A stretch of DNA of 64,000 nt from Escherichia phage Mangalyan. Location of the stretch: the sequence record OR449013. One strand, 5' to 3'. The position numbers were made by a program, and so were the translations under genes. Under the pieces are notes generated by a model. That model did no database searches, had not been told where the DNA came from, and worked only from the letters and a program-made list of their open reading frames with translations. Numbering within the stretch: the first letter of the stretch is position 1; the number at the start of each line of letters is the position of its first letter. Shown piece after piece: positions 44,084-53,337 of the stretch.

Positions 44084-44697
44084 AGTTGCCTTATTGTTAC
44101 AGATAAAATAATTGTATTGTTAATTATTTCTTATCTTTCTATTAGTCATCTAATGATTTCAGTTAATATAGTAACGTACAGTAAACATTAGACGACTAAA
44201 GATTTCTATGCTTATGGTAACCTAACGTGACAATTCCAGACTGTTTACGAAAAATGTTGACACCTGGGCCGATTTATGTTATGCAGTTTACACGAATAAT
44301 TATTTTATGCAGGTATTGACTATTCCGTTATTCTATGGTTGGAATAAATGCTTAGCAGGCTATAGAATGGCGAGCGTACGTAAATTCTGAGATCTGGCGG
44401 CTATAGTTATACTCGATTTTTCACGTAGAAAACGCTTTTGTAGTTATGTAAGTGTATGACTTATAAAGTTGACAAGCTATTGAATATATGCATCAGGTTA
44501 AATTTTGTGCAAATGCTGCATTACGTGCAATTTTGGAAGGAAAAACGTGTAAAAATGGCCCTGCTACCACACAATGAAAAATTATGCAATAGTTATTTTA
44601 TATGTATGTTTGTACAGTGTGTGGGATTGATGGCTCGTCAATTATTCCACTTGCCAGGTAGGGCCGTTTATGGTAGGGGGAAGAGCAGACAAAAAGA

Positions 44698-44715
44698 AAG
44701 GGGCCTAAGCCCCTT
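44698..44715 (-). terminator. rho-independent terminator for leftward transcripts
   Basis: AAGGGGC CTAA GCCCCTT; on minus strand followed by UCUUUUUGUC. Confidence 0.65.
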
Positions 44716-44733
44716 GATAATTCAGTTAAAAAA

Positions 44734-45153
44734 TTATAATGATTCGTATATTTCAAAAATCCGATTTGCCAGGTCGTTACGGTAGCGGAATTTTTCCTCG
44801 CGTTTGATCATAAGATCTTTATAGCCGTACTCTTTAAGCACTTCATTAACTTTATGGCGGCATACTTTCATATTATCCTGCGCGTCACCAATAAATCTGT
44901 TGCTATGGTGCATGGCTTTAATTTCTTCTTCCAGGACCAGGGCAACTATGCGGACCGGATCAAGCTGATAGGCGGTAACATCCATGCGGCATTGTAGACG
45001 GCTTTTAACGTCTGCCACCGGATATACTGCAACCTCTTCCCCGTCAACATTGACAATAATTAGTTTACCATCGATTTCGAATCCTTTCGCCGCCGGACCG
45101 TGACAAAAAGCGTTATCAAAGCTATATGCCGGATTATTAGATTTAATGTTCAT
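44734..45153 (-). CDS. hypothetical protein (139 aa)
   Basis: ORF followed by terminator. Confidence 0.55.
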   Translation of the reverse strand: MNIKSNNPAYSFDNAFCHGPAAKGFEIDGKLIIVNVDGEEVAVYPVADVKSRLQCRMDVTAYQLDPVRIVALVLEEEIKAMHHSNRFIGDAQDNMKVCRHKVNEVLKEYGYKDLMIKREEKFRYRNDLANRIFEIYESL

Positions 45154-45296
45154 GGTGTTTTTACCTCTTAGTTAATTTTCTTACAACTCCCCTTCAAAAA
45201 AGAATATAGCAAAACTGCCGATCCCTGTCAACCAGGGATAGCATAATTTTTATGTGATCAAGGGGCTTTATTACCCCCTGACCGTAACTTGTTGTA

Positions 45297-45632
45297 TTAT
45301 TTGTTGCTCATCCAGTTTTCCCAAGCTGCCTGATAATCTGCCTCACTGCGGCGGATCTCTTCTTGTTCTTCAAGCCGGATCTCTTCTTCCAGGTACCCCA
45401 GGATATCGGATTTTTTGGTCTGGCGTAGCATCCAGTCATCTTTTTTGCGAGTAAAGATCTTATAAGCTTTCTCGCAAACCTCTTTTTTGCTACCTTTTTG
45501 GACTTCAAGAATTCTGTAGGCCATGTACTGAACTAATTTAAGCTGATCCAGACGTTTCATGATGTTTTCCTCTTTATGCGGTTCGTTTTGATTAGTTGAT
45601 AATACAGCAGTTCGCAGATCAGTCTTTAGCAA
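45297..45632 (-). CDS. hypothetical protein (111 aa)
   Basis: ORF in leftward block. Confidence 0.5.
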   Translation of the reverse strand: MLKTDLRTAVLSTNQNEPHKEENIMKRLDQLKLVQYMAYRILEVQKGSKKEVCEKAYKIFTRKKDDWMLRQTKKSDILGYLEEEIRLEEQEEIRRSEADYQAAWENWMSNK

Positions 45633-45638
45633 TTCATG

Positions 45639-45857
45639 CTATTTACTCACAACGGTGTCGAAAACAAATTTTTCTTTGTTGTCTAAACTCACGTATCCGA
45701 TTCGACCACGCAAGCCGCAAGTAGTGCCGTACTCGTAACCATTAAGGCCTTTAACCTTCCAATCCGTACCCATTAAAACCGCATTATATTCCTGACCAAC
45801 TACAAAAGCGCCCCCAGTCGATTCAATGCAAACAACTTTAATTTTACGGGTTGTCAT
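45639..45857 (-). CDS. hypothetical protein (72 aa)
   Basis: ATG preceded by AAAGAGAGAAAG and upstream GC hairpin. Confidence 0.5.
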   Translation of the reverse strand: MTTRKIKVVCIESTGGAFVVGQEYNAVLMGTDWKVKGLNGYEYGTTCGLRGRIGYVSLDNKEKFVFDTVVSK

Positions 45858-45917
45858 TTTCTTTCTCTCTTTGTGTGGTTCTGATTAGTGGGCCTTTTGG
45901 CCCGTGTCATTATCTTA

Positions 45918-46190
45918 TTACTTACGGCGGCAGAATTCAAGCGTTTTTAATTGATAATCTTCCTCAGCCTGGAGTACAACCGCCTCGATCATTTCGTTGG
46001 CATTGTTGAAGCCATACCCTTTAGCGAACTCATCCGCACCACCTTCGTGATCATGTTCTGCGTTCATCGCTTCCACGAAATGGAATTCAAGATTATTGAG
46101 ATAAGGGCTTGATGTTCCGTCCTCTTTTTCGATGAGATCCCAAATAGCATTAAAACGTGATTCGACTTCTTGATTAATCCAGCTTGACAT
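45918..46190 (-). CDS. hypothetical acidic protein (90 aa)
   Basis: ATG preceded by AGAAGAGAGGAAA and GC hairpin. Confidence 0.5.
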   Translation of the reverse strand: MSSWINQEVESRFNAIWDLIEKEDGTSSPYLNNLEFHFVEAMNAEHDHEGGADEFAKGYGFNNANEMIEAVVLQAEEDYQLKTLEFCRRK

Positions 46191-46401
46191 AATGTTTTCC
46201 TCTCTTCTGGTTGTTGTGTGGGCACTTTTGCCCCTTCAAGATAAATGTTACCCCACCACCTGGCAGATGTCAACGGTTTTTATAGTTCTTATATGACAGG
46301 CAGGCCCGGTGATTGTCTCCACCCGTCGCCAGGTGCCTGCCGTGAAACAAGTATAACAAAAAACAGGACCATTGCAAGCCCTGTTTTGTAGTTTATAAGG
46401 A

Positions 46402-46593
46402 TTATATTTTTTCGCCTATGTAGTCCGGTCGGTTTTTCTCTGTCATGCGCTTGAGCAATTCTTGCATGTTGCTTATGGCTTGCAGTGTATCCCCTTCCAG
46501 GCTTGAATCGACATAATCAGGATCGTCTATGACCTTTCTATGATTATGATAACGCAGTACCGCCAATACCTTTCTAACTTGTTCGATATTCAT
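46402..46593 (-). CDS. hypothetical protein (63 aa)
   Basis: ORF only. Confidence 0.4.
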   Translation of the reverse strand: MNIEQVRKVLAVLRYHNHRKVIDDPDYVDSSLEGDTLQAISNMQELLKRMTEKNRPDYIGEKI

Positions 46594-46607
46594 TTTTTAT
46601 CGCTCTT

Positions 46608-46741
46608 TAAAACAAGGTGCCAACCGTTTCCAATAGATCACTGACCATCAGGACAATACTGATCAGCACATATCTAACCATAAGGGGAAAGAGCGCCAGC
46701 GATCCCGCCACGATCCCCATGGTAATAATTATCTTTCTCAT
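46608..46741 (-). CDS. hydrophobic mini-protein (44 aa)
   Basis: below cutoff; start overlaps stop of upstream gene; MRKIIITMGIVAGSLALFPLMV. Confidence 0.3.
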
Positions 46742-46743
46742 GG

Positions 46744-47028
46744 TTAACGGTTCACGTAAGTTTTCCCGTTTACGGTTATCGGCAGATCCTCCAGGTCTGG
46801 ATCTTCTTTAAGGTCGCGAGCAAGCTCACCGCACCGGATACCCTCGAATCCGTAGTACTCTGTTGTGCCGTCCTTAAAAGTTTTTGCGGCAAGGCATAAC
46901 CGATAAGTAACACCGATTTGATTGACTGCATGAATATCTGTTAGATTAACCTCTTTTGCCAGCTCTTTGGCCATTGCAGGCGCATTAAGTCCAACAACCA
47001 GGGCAACCACTGCGATCATCTTTTTCAT
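46744..47028 (-). CDS. secreted or periplasmic protein (94 aa)
   Basis: N-terminal signal-peptide-like MKKMIAVVALVVGLNAPAMA. Confidence 0.55.
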   Translation of the reverse strand: MKKMIAVVALVVGLNAPAMAKELAKEVNLTDIHAVNQIGVTYRLCLAAKTFKDGTTEYYGFEGIRCGELARDLKEDPDLEDLPITVNGKTYVNR

Positions 47029-47117
47029 TGTGTCTATCCTCTTTCTGCTGCGTTTAAGGCGGTCACCGCCGCCTGTTTATGCTTTGTTAGTTAATGGGGC
47101 GCACGGTATAGATTAAA

Positions 47118-47342
47118 CTATGCTGTACGCTCAACTATAACAACGGCTTGAGGGATCTCACCTTCCACCACTATCAAGGCTTTTTTCTGCGTAATGGATA
47201 TCTTTACCCGTTGCAGCGTGGCGGTGAAGTCTTTCATTTCGTCACGTGGTGTTTTAGTGCAATGCCAGATCTCAGGTTTGCCGATCTGCAAGCCGCGTAA
47301 AAATTCCGTTTTGCCTGTTTTGTTAGTTATCATTTGATTCAC
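47118..47342 (-). CDS. hypothetical protein (74 aa)
   Basis: ORF in leftward block. Confidence 0.45.
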   Translation of the reverse strand: MNQMITNKTGKTEFLRGLQIGKPEIWHCTKTPRDEMKDFTATLQRVKISITQKKALIVVEGEIPQAVVIVERTA

Positions 47343-47347
47343 CTCAA

Positions 47348-47452
47348 CCGATACCGTGGGAAGATAGGATCATGTTAGCCATAGTTGCAACCAATCCAAC
47401 CAATAATGCCAGGCCAACTACTACAACCGTGAAAATTTTTTCTAACATGATT
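47348..47452 (-). CDS. hydrophobic mini-protein (about 34 aa)
   Basis: below cutoff; MLEKIFTVVVVGLALLVGLVATMANMIL; preceded by GC hairpin and GAGGG. Confidence 0.3.
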
Positions 47453-47525
47453 CTACCCTCAGTAATGGCGGGAAGTATTCCCGCGCTATGTAGTACACTT
47501 TACCAGATTGTTGACTGTTGTCAAA

Positions 47526-47750
47526 CTAATTTTTACAAGGGATCAGTAAACTTCTTGCTACTGCTTCACGTAGTCCTTGACTTTTTATCAGATCTATTGT
47601 TGCAGGATGGCAAGTAAAAGCCTTTGACCATTTTTGATCCCCTGGTTTACGGGCAAAAATGTAAACTTCCCCGTCGATTTCATCCCAACGAGTATTGCTT
47701 GTTAGTTTTTTAAGCGCCATGATGATTTCTCTTTTAGTTGTGAGCGGCAC
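47526..47750 (-). CDS. hypothetical protein (about 64-74 aa)
   Basis: ORF; alternative internal start MALKKL. Confidence 0.4.
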   Translation of the reverse strand: MPLTTKREIIMALKKLTSNTRWDEIDGEVYIFARKPGDQKWSKAFTCHPATIDLIKSQGLREAVARSLLIPCKN

Positions 47751-47808
47751 TATTGCCGCCCTATATGATAAACTATACCAGAATAAAAAACAGTGTCAAG
47801 CTATTTTA

Positions 47809-48048
47809 TCACATTCCAACCATCGCGGCACGGATCGCCGTAGTGCTGTACTTGAAGCCGTCCGGGGTCTTATCTTGTCCGGTTAGCTCCAGAAAAAGCA
47901 TCATATCCCGCGCCGCATCATTACGATTAGCATTAGCGTTAATAAAGCCTTGGGCCAACCGGTACAATGACTCATCGTTATTAATCCAAAGGCTTACATT
48001 CCAATGAGTTTTGTTTTTGTAACCGTTATAACCTTTATTGCTTTTCAT
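47809..48048 (-). CDS. hypothetical protein (79 aa)
   Basis: ATG preceded by AAAGAAGAGG. Confidence 0.5.
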   Translation of the reverse strand: MKSNKGYNGYKNKTHWNVSLWINNDESLYRLAQGFINANANRNDAARDMMLFLELTGQDKTPDGFKYSTTAIRAAMVGM

Positions 48049-48394
48049 GGTGTTTACCTCTTCTTTGTTCCGGGTGGAGGATCATTCTACCACCTTATGT
48101 ATTATGCTTTGTTAGATGGTTGTTTGTTGCCAAACTATTTTAACGATAATCATCATATGCTTTATTTACCTGGCGAATATAACATTCAAAAGCCAGATCA
48201 ATAGATTTATATTCACGGATATACTCACCATAGGAAACCACATACATTTCTATAGCTTCCTCATATGCGAGGAGAATAGAATCTAAGCCTACGATCTCAG
48301 TTTTTGCAATAATAGCCATGATTTTTATCCTCTTTGTGGTTGGTGGGGCTTGTTGCCCCCTTTGATTTATATACTACAGTTTTATATGGTCATG

Positions 48395-48628
48395 TCAACA
48401 CTTTTCAAAAAATTTTTCTGCCGTGATATTCTTCCCGGTAGGGTTCGCTACTTTCAAAATTTTATCATGCACTGGACGCCCAAAAGAATAAGATCCGTAT
48501 ACAGTAAACCAATAATCTCCGTCAGGCTGTACTATTACCGCCGCATATGGTACGCCTTTTTCGTTTTTGCTGACAAAATAGATCACATTACCATTAATAG
48601 CCTCAGCGCGTTTAATTTGTTCCATCAT
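48395..48628 (-). CDS. hypothetical protein (77 aa)
   Basis: ATG preceded by AAAGAGAGG and GC hairpin. Confidence 0.5.
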   Translation of the reverse strand: MMEQIKRAEAINGNVIYFVSKNEKGVPYAAVIVQPDGDYWFTVYGSYSFGRPVHDKILKVANPTGKNITAEKFFEKC

Positions 48629-48695
48629 GATGATTTGCCTCTCTTTATTTTTTTTATGATTTTATGCTGTAGGGGCCTTTTCGGCCCCGCCAGGT

Positions 48696-48980
48696 TTATT
48701 TATTGATAGCGTGCAGCGGGAAAGCTACGCCAGGTTGATAGATAACCTTTACAACCTCATCAGGACAAAAGAAATTGCAGAACTCACCGCAATAGGCCTC
48801 ATCCTCTTTTAATTCTTCATCAACATACTCAAAAAAGTAGTCGATGCTTGGATAATCCTGGCCGGGATTATAGTCGACCATCGTTAATAATAACTCTTGA
48901 TCATTCCGTAAGATATGCATACCCGCTTTTAAGTATTTTGCTTCCATTTCTACTGCATCGCCAGCGGTAACAATAGCCAT
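48696..48980 (-). CDS. hypothetical protein (94 aa)
   Basis: ATG preceded by ATAGGAG and GC hairpin. Confidence 0.5.
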   Translation of the reverse strand: MAIVTAGDAVEMEAKYLKAGMHILRNDQELLLTMVDYNPGQDYPSIDYFFEYVDEELKEDEAYCGEFCNFFCPDEVVKVIYQPGVAFPLHAINK

Positions 48981-49203
48981 GGTTTTAACTCCTATCTATC
49001 CGGTTAATGATTTGGGGCCGCCCCCTGATGCGTCCTATTATCCATATTGTGGGGCTTGATGCAAGTACTTCTTTAAAAATTTTTTAAGCGCCTTGGGGCC
49101 GCTGTAACGCTAAAATAATAAAGACCATGCAACCGCATAGCCTTAATGTGATTATATCGCTGCAGGCCCTGCTAGGGGCCTTATTTTGCATCATTTACCG
49201 GAA

Positions 49204-49512
49204 CTATACAGAGAAAACATCGTTCACAATAGCGATCACAATGCCGCCCACCTTGTCACGGTCAACAATGCACAAATCACCATAGATCATGTGGTAGTCT
49301 GGATGATCTTTCACAGAATAGTCAATAAGCGTTTTCTTGTCGTCCAGCTTCGTAACTTCCATTCTCATAACGATATGAGAATCATCAAAGGCATTATTCC
49401 GAAAAATCATAGCCTGGCCGCCAGGGCACCCGGTGATCTCCACTTCCACACCATCTACGATCTGACCATCAAAGAAATAAAGATTATTAGCCTGGATAAA
49501 CATGCCTATCAC
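49204..49512 (-). CDS. hypothetical protein (102 aa)
   Basis: ATG preceded by AAGGAG. Confidence 0.5.
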   Translation of the reverse strand: MIGMFIQANNLYFFDGQIVDGVEVEITGCPGGQAMIFRNNAFDDSHIVMRMEVTKLDDKKTLIDYSVKDHPDYHMIYGDLCIVDRDKVGGIVIAIVNDVFSV

Positions 49513-49549
49513 TCCTTGTTAACTGCGTGGTATTTTAACAGGGTTTAAA

Positions 49550-49598
49550 TTTACTTTATTGATGGCCTTGGAGTCAAGGCCATCTAAAAATAAATTTT
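49550..49598 (-). promoter_or_regulatory. conserved about 46-bp element (copy 1 of 3): hairpin GATGGCC-N10-GGCCATC with TTGACT in loop, leftward promoter-like
   Basis: near-identical copies at 53291-53337 and 53912-53957; on minus strand reads TTGACT, 18-bp spacer, TAAATT. Confidence 0.5.
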
Positions 49599-49797
49599 AC
49601 AGGCCTACAATCTCTTTAATTCGTTTTACTGCTGCCTCAGCGCCTTGAGGGTAAAAATTATGGTAACCAATCACGCGAGTGATACTAATCGCCGTTTGAT
49701 GATCTTCATAATCACCTTTAAAGATTTCTTGACCGTCAATCAGCACGGCAATTTTTTCTTCTTTTTTGAAGTTAATAACGCGGATATTGTTGCTCAT
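49597..49797 (-). CDS. hypothetical protein (66 aa)
   Basis: ATG preceded by GAAAGGAGAAAC and 5' GC hairpin 49829-49843. Confidence 0.5.
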   Translation of the reverse strand: MSNNIRVINFKKEEKIAVLIDGQEIFKGDYEDHQTAISITRVIGYHNFYPQGAEAAVKRIKEIVGL

Positions 49798-49851
49798 TTT
49801 GTTTCTCCTTTCTGGTTTTTGTGGTGGTGGGGATTAGCTCCCCGTTGATTG

Positions 49852-49881
49852 TTATTATCCACATTCCGGACCGGATTGCAA
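49852..49881 (-). promoter_or_regulatory. leftward sigma70-like promoter followed by 5'-proximal GC hairpin
   Basis: minus-strand TTGCAA (49876-49881), 17-bp spacer, ATAATA (about 49853-49858); hairpin GGGGA-TTAGC-TCCCC at 49829-49843. Confidence 0.45.
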
Positions 49882-49928
49882 CACCCCGGAAGAATTTTTT
49901 TTTTTTTAAAGATAGGCCCCCATGATCG

Positions 49929-50048
49929 GGGGCCGTTCTTAGTTACTTACAGCGATAAAGTACATCCCTACGCCTAGCAATATTTCAAGGGCGATAATCT
50001 CAAGCCATACCATAACGCGGCGCACCTTATCGGTGCGGGGCTTATCCT
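49929..50048 (-). CDS. hydrophobic mini-protein (39 aa)
   Basis: below cutoff; GGGGGAG RBS; MTPKDKPRTDKVRRVMVWLEIIALEILLGVGMYFIAVSN. Confidence 0.35.
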
Positions 50049-50224
50049 TGGGTGTCATCGTCTCCCCCTTCCCTTCTGGTAGTAGTGACGTGGTTTACAA
50101 TGGCCCCCAGGAGTATTATCACCACGCACATTACAAGAAAAATTATCTCTGTCGTTGTTCGATCCATTGTTATAAAATTCCTTAAGATCAGGCCTGAAAA
50201 TAAAGCTTTCATTATTGAATCCAT
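50042..50224 (-). CDS. small membrane protein (up to 60 aa)
   Basis: ORF with hydrophobic core IIFLVMCVVIILLGAIV; start uncertain. Confidence 0.3.
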   Translation of the reverse strand: MDSIMKALFSGLILRNFITMDRTTTEIIFLVMCVVIILLGAIVNHVTTTRREGGDDDTQG

Positions 50225-50277
50225 CCCGCCAGGCGGCTGGCCTCAAATCTTCACTAAATGGATTAATTAACGTGGTA

Positions 50278-50682
50278 TTATTTAAACGGCTGGCCCACAT
50301 ATTTTCTATTCCTCTCAAATAAGCGATCCGCCTCAGTTAAACAAATCTCATGGGCGTGATCTCTGGTTTTAGCTTCATCGAAAACCTGTTGTGCAAGGCT
50401 GCAACGTAGGGAGACTGGAAGATCACTATAATAGGCGTTGACAAACGTTTGAGCGTCGTACAGGTCGGAAAATACTTTACCCTTTCTATTATTCCCCTTG
50501 TCAACAATTGCAAGGATAACCAATACAATAGTTGCAACCACCCCCAGGAAAATAGATATAATAAACCATAAAAAGGCGGATCTTCCCATCTTGCCAGCGA
50601 TCCAGGCGTTAAACAAGGCAACCAATACAGCCAAAATAATAAATTCCATTCTATGTACCTCTTTTACAGTTCTGATTAACAA
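50278..50682 (-). CDS. membrane protein (134 aa, two TM segments)
   Basis: FIILAVLVALFNAWIAG and FLWFIISIFLGVVATIVLVILAIV. Confidence 0.55.
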   Translation of the reverse strand: MLIRTVKEVHRMEFIILAVLVALFNAWIAGKMGRSAFLWFIISIFLGVVATIVLVILAIVDKGNNRKGKVFSDLYDAQTFVNAYYSDLPVSLRCSLAQQVFDEAKTRDHAHEICLTEADRLFERNRKYVGQPFK

Positions 50683-50713
50683 TAAGGCGGCAAATATGCC
50701 GCCTGTTACCTGA

Positions 50714-51094
50714 TTAAAAATTATCGCCGTAAATCTTTCCGCTTTCTACCCATACCACCACGCGAGGCATACTATCCCACACGTCTTGTTTTAGATTGAG
50801 CGCGTGCAATTCTTCGGTGGTGCTCATACCGGGCACGGGCTGATTGTATACTGCAAAACGACCGCCTGCATAATCATAGGCCAGGGTTAAATCACACTGG
50901 ATCATCTTTTTGATCATGGCATTAAGCATGGCGTTAGCCGCATATTGGTCACGTTTTAAAGGCAACTCTTTGATTAGTTTGCGATAGTTTTCGATATGGT
51001 CGCACACTGTTTCACGCGGAAGATCTTTCATATCCTCGCGAAAGGTAACCAGGTTAAACATAACGGTGTCAATAGCCTTGGTAGTGTTTTTCAT
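50714..51094 (-). CDS. hypothetical protein (126 aa)
   Basis: ATG preceded by AAAGAGGATAAAATC, 5' hairpin 51119-51139 and promoter. Confidence 0.55.
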   Translation of the reverse strand: MKNTTKAIDTVMFNLVTFREDMKDLPRETVCDHIENYRKLIKELPLKRDQYAANAMLNAMIKKMIQCDLTLAYDYAGGRFAVYNQPVPGMSTTEELHALNLKQDVWDSMPRVVVWVESGKIYGDNF

Positions 51095-51148
51095 GATTTT
51101 ATCCTCTTTGTTTTGTGTGGGGGCAAACGTCTTGCCCCCTTGAGTTTT

Positions 51149-51176
51149 AATATAGCAGGTTTTTAGGTTATTGCAA
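51149..51176 (-). promoter_or_regulatory. leftward sigma70-like promoter followed by 5'-proximal GC hairpin
   Basis: minus-strand TTGCAA (51171-51176), 16-bp spacer, TATATT (51149-51154); hairpin GGGGGC-N9-GCCCCC at 51119-51139. Confidence 0.5.
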
Positions 51177-51184
51177 CACTTTAT

Positions 51185-51808
51185 TTATGAAAAAGTCATC
51201 TCGCCATATTCATCCACATCAAACCGCCAATCATTGGCCTCGATAAGGCCGATCAGGTTTTCGGTAGTGAATTGTTCAAGATAGGCCCCCTCCAGGTCTA
51301 CGTAAACCTTGCGGGATAGCTCCCGTACCGTCTCGGTGATCAGCTCTTCCAGGTCTTCCACTTTGTTTTCTTGTTTGGCGGTCAGATCTAGCCAGGTGGT
51401 ATCAATGTATCCGCTTACAGTGTTTTCATGGCTGTAATGGCTGTACTTGTCGCGTTCAACACTGGCCGATAACTCGCCATCGTGCATTGTGCCGAACAAG
51501 TGACGAATTGATCGGAACTTGGTCAGGGCCTTGACTTTACGCAAGAATTTTTCTAAGTCTACATTTTCAGCACTAATCGATGCGCCATCGCCTTGACACC
51601 AAAAGCCGGACCAATGTACTTCGGTATCTTCAAGGCCGTACTCTGGAAAAACTTGTTCTTTATAGTATTCAATTACATTTTCTGCAAAAAAGTTATCCCC
51701 GCTGTGTTCTTCTCTTTCGCGTACCATTTCAATGGCTTTTTCTTTTTGTTCGTCGGTCAGCACGTCGAAAGATAAATTGTAACCTGTGGTAATGTTAACG
51801 GTGGTCAT
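51185..51808 (-). CDS. hypothetical protein (207 aa)
   Basis: ATG preceded by AACAGGAGAAAA; contains HWSGFWCQGDGASI block that I cannot assign. Confidence 0.55.
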   Translation of the reverse strand: MTTVNITTGYNLSFDVLTDEQKEKAIEMVREREEHSGDNFFAENVIEYYKEQVFPEYGLEDTEVHWSGFWCQGDGASISAENVDLEKFLRKVKALTKFRSIRHLFGTMHDGELSASVERDKYSHYSHENTVSGYIDTTWLDLTAKQENKVEDLEELITETVRELSRKVYVDLEGAYLEQFTTENLIGLIEANDWRFDVDEYGEMTFS

Positions 51809-51865
51809 GATATTTTCTCCTGTTTTCTTTGTTAGTGGCGGGAAGTTTTCCCGCCTATGTTTTTA

Positions 51866-51893
51866 ATTATACTTATCAAGATTTACTTGTCAA
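51866..51893 (-). promoter_or_regulatory. leftward sigma70-like promoter
   Basis: minus-strand TTGACA (51888-51893), 16-bp spacer, TATAAT (51866-51871). Confidence 0.6.
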
Positions 51894-52143
51894 CACTATT
51901 TTTTAAATTATTGTGGCGCAAAATGTTTAAAATCTCCTCAACGTCATCAACACGGCGGCAATTTTTAAACGCTACCAATTGCCCCAAGATTTTAATTACT
52001 GGGCGGCCTTGCCAGTGACCTTGAAGAAAGCGCGCTTTAACTTTATCGGTGGAACTATCACGCCACCAAATAGCCTTGTTGTTGCAGTAGTAAAAATTAT
52101 TCAGGATAACATCAACCTTATCAAAATTTTTTAATTTACGCAT
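51883..52143 (-). CDS. hypothetical protein (86 aa)
   Basis: ATG preceded by AAAGGAGTAAACGCC. Confidence 0.5.
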   Translation of the reverse strand: MRKLKNFDKVDVILNNFYYCNNKAIWWRDSSTDKVKARFLQGHWQGRPVIKILGQLVAFKNCRRVDDVEEILNILRHNNLKNSVDK

Positions 52144-52175
52144 GGCGTTTACTCCTTTCTCTCTTTGATGTGGTT

Positions 52176-52203
52176 AGTATAGCTAACCTGTTTAAGATGT
52201 CAA
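52176..52203 (-). promoter_or_regulatory. leftward sigma70-like promoter
   Basis: minus-strand TTGACA (52198-52203), 16-bp spacer, TATACT (52176-52181). Confidence 0.55.
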
Positions 52204-52386
52204 GCTTTAAATAAAATCACTGTCAATAATATTTTTAACGCCATAAAACGGTCCTGGGCGATGTTTTCAGGTTAAAGGGGGCGATTTTGCATAGGTGGGG
52301 GCCTTTTTGGCGCTTACAGGGCCAACCAGGGGCGCTATTCGTAGGATAGAAACAAAAAGCCCCGCACAATGGCGGGGCGTTGGTTG

Positions 52387-52584
52387 TTATTTGTCTTTAT
52401 GGCGGTACCGTTCCGCCTGTCGTTCACGTTCCAAAAGTAGGCTGGGCAATTTACGATCATAATGATTGCGCCAGATCTTCCCAAACCTTTTTGGCTTATT
52501 CAGTTTATTGTTACGCTGGCGGCGTTCCGGCAGCTCTTCGGAATCATGAGGGCGCTTTACAATTTTCTCGAAATTAATTTTCAT
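52387..52584 (-). CDS. hypothetical basic protein (65 aa)
   Basis: ORF overlapping upstream stop. Confidence 0.45.
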   Translation of the reverse strand: MKINFEKIVKRPHDSEELPERRQRNNKLNKPKRFGKIWRNHYDRKLPSLLLERERQAERYRHKDK

Positions 52585-52991
52585 ATATTCCCCCCCTTGC
52601 TAACTTCAATATTGGCCTGAATGGCCCGGATACGGCGCTTTATAACTTCCTGATCTGTGTGATCGTATCCCCAAAAGTCCACAATTTTTGCGCCCCCCGC
52701 CTCCAGGCGGTATAGTGTTTCCTGCATTTTGTAAGCCGGGATCGGTCGCGGTGTTACTTGGTCACCTTCTTTATTTTTATACTTTATAATATAATCTTCG
52801 TTATCGTTAAATGTCCAAAATGGATATTCTGCAAGGGCGGTACTTCCTCTTTCCTTTTTATCCTGGATCTTGTTTACAATTAAAGCCGTAGCAATAGCGC
52901 CAATAATAAAACTAGCCCCGCTAATCATGTACTTTCTCCTTTCATTGTATTGATAAACTATCTTTATAGATGGCCCTGCAACCAGGACCAC
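52581..52991 (-). CDS. hypothetical protein with N-terminal TM anchor (136 aa)
   Basis: ISGASFIIGAIATALIV hydrophobic segment. Confidence 0.5.
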   Translation of the reverse strand: MVLVAGPSIKIVYQYNERRKYMISGASFIIGAIATALIVNKIQDKKERGSTALAEYPFWTFNDNEDYIIKYKNKEGDQVTPRPIPAYKMQETLYRLEAGGAKIVDFWGYDHTDQEVIKRRIRAIQANIEVSKGGNI

Positions 52992-53002
52992 CGAAAAAAT
53001 AA

Positions 53003-53248
53003 CTATTTCACAATGCCTACAAAACAGATTCCGCCTTCACCTATATAGGCAATATCGGTAATTTTATAATTTGTCAAGATCCGCGTGTTCAGCTCATTAA
53101 TAAAATCGGTCATCGCGTTGGTGTAGTTGTCTTCCGTATCTAAGGCATAATCCCAGGTGTAAACCTTTTTACGTCCGAAGCCTTTTACCATGATACGGGC
53201 GCTTTTGGTGTTGGTAGGGGCATAATATTTGGTGATTAGTGCTGCCAT
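53003..53248 (-). CDS. hypothetical protein (81 aa)
   Basis: ATG preceded by ATAGGAG. Confidence 0.5.
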   Translation of the reverse strand: MAALITKYYAPTNTKSARIMVKGFGRKKVYTWDYALDTEDNYTNAMTDFINELNTRILTNYKITDIAYIGEGGICFVGIVK

Positions 53249-53290
53249 GGTTTTAACTCCTATGCATTAGTTCAGTGTTAACAGTATAAA

Positions 53291-53337
53291 GTTTACTTTA
53301 TTGATGGCCCTGGTGTCAAGGCCATCTAAAAATAAAT
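53291..53337 (-). promoter_or_regulatory. conserved about 46-bp element (copy 2 of 3)
   Basis: TTTACTTTATTGATGGCCCTGGTGTCAAGGCCATCTAAAAATAAA; minus strand TTGACA, 18-bp spacer, TAAACT. Confidence 0.5.

Noticed and set aside
42304-44733. tRNA genes or CRISPR array in the convergence zone
   Set aside because: No T-loop-like GGTTCGAATCC/GTTCRANYC box or cloverleaf-compatible segments seen; repeats are heterogeneous in length and spacing, unlike a CRISPR repeat-spacer array
46617-46811. + strand ORF (64 aa)
   Set aside because: Antisense within the leftward block; a minus-strand hydrophobic mini-ORF coupled to the upstream gene explains the region better
50055-50318. minus-strand ORF (87 aa)
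   Set aside because: Overlaps the 3' part of the membrane-protein gene 50278-50682 and competes with the better supported small ORFs in the same interval
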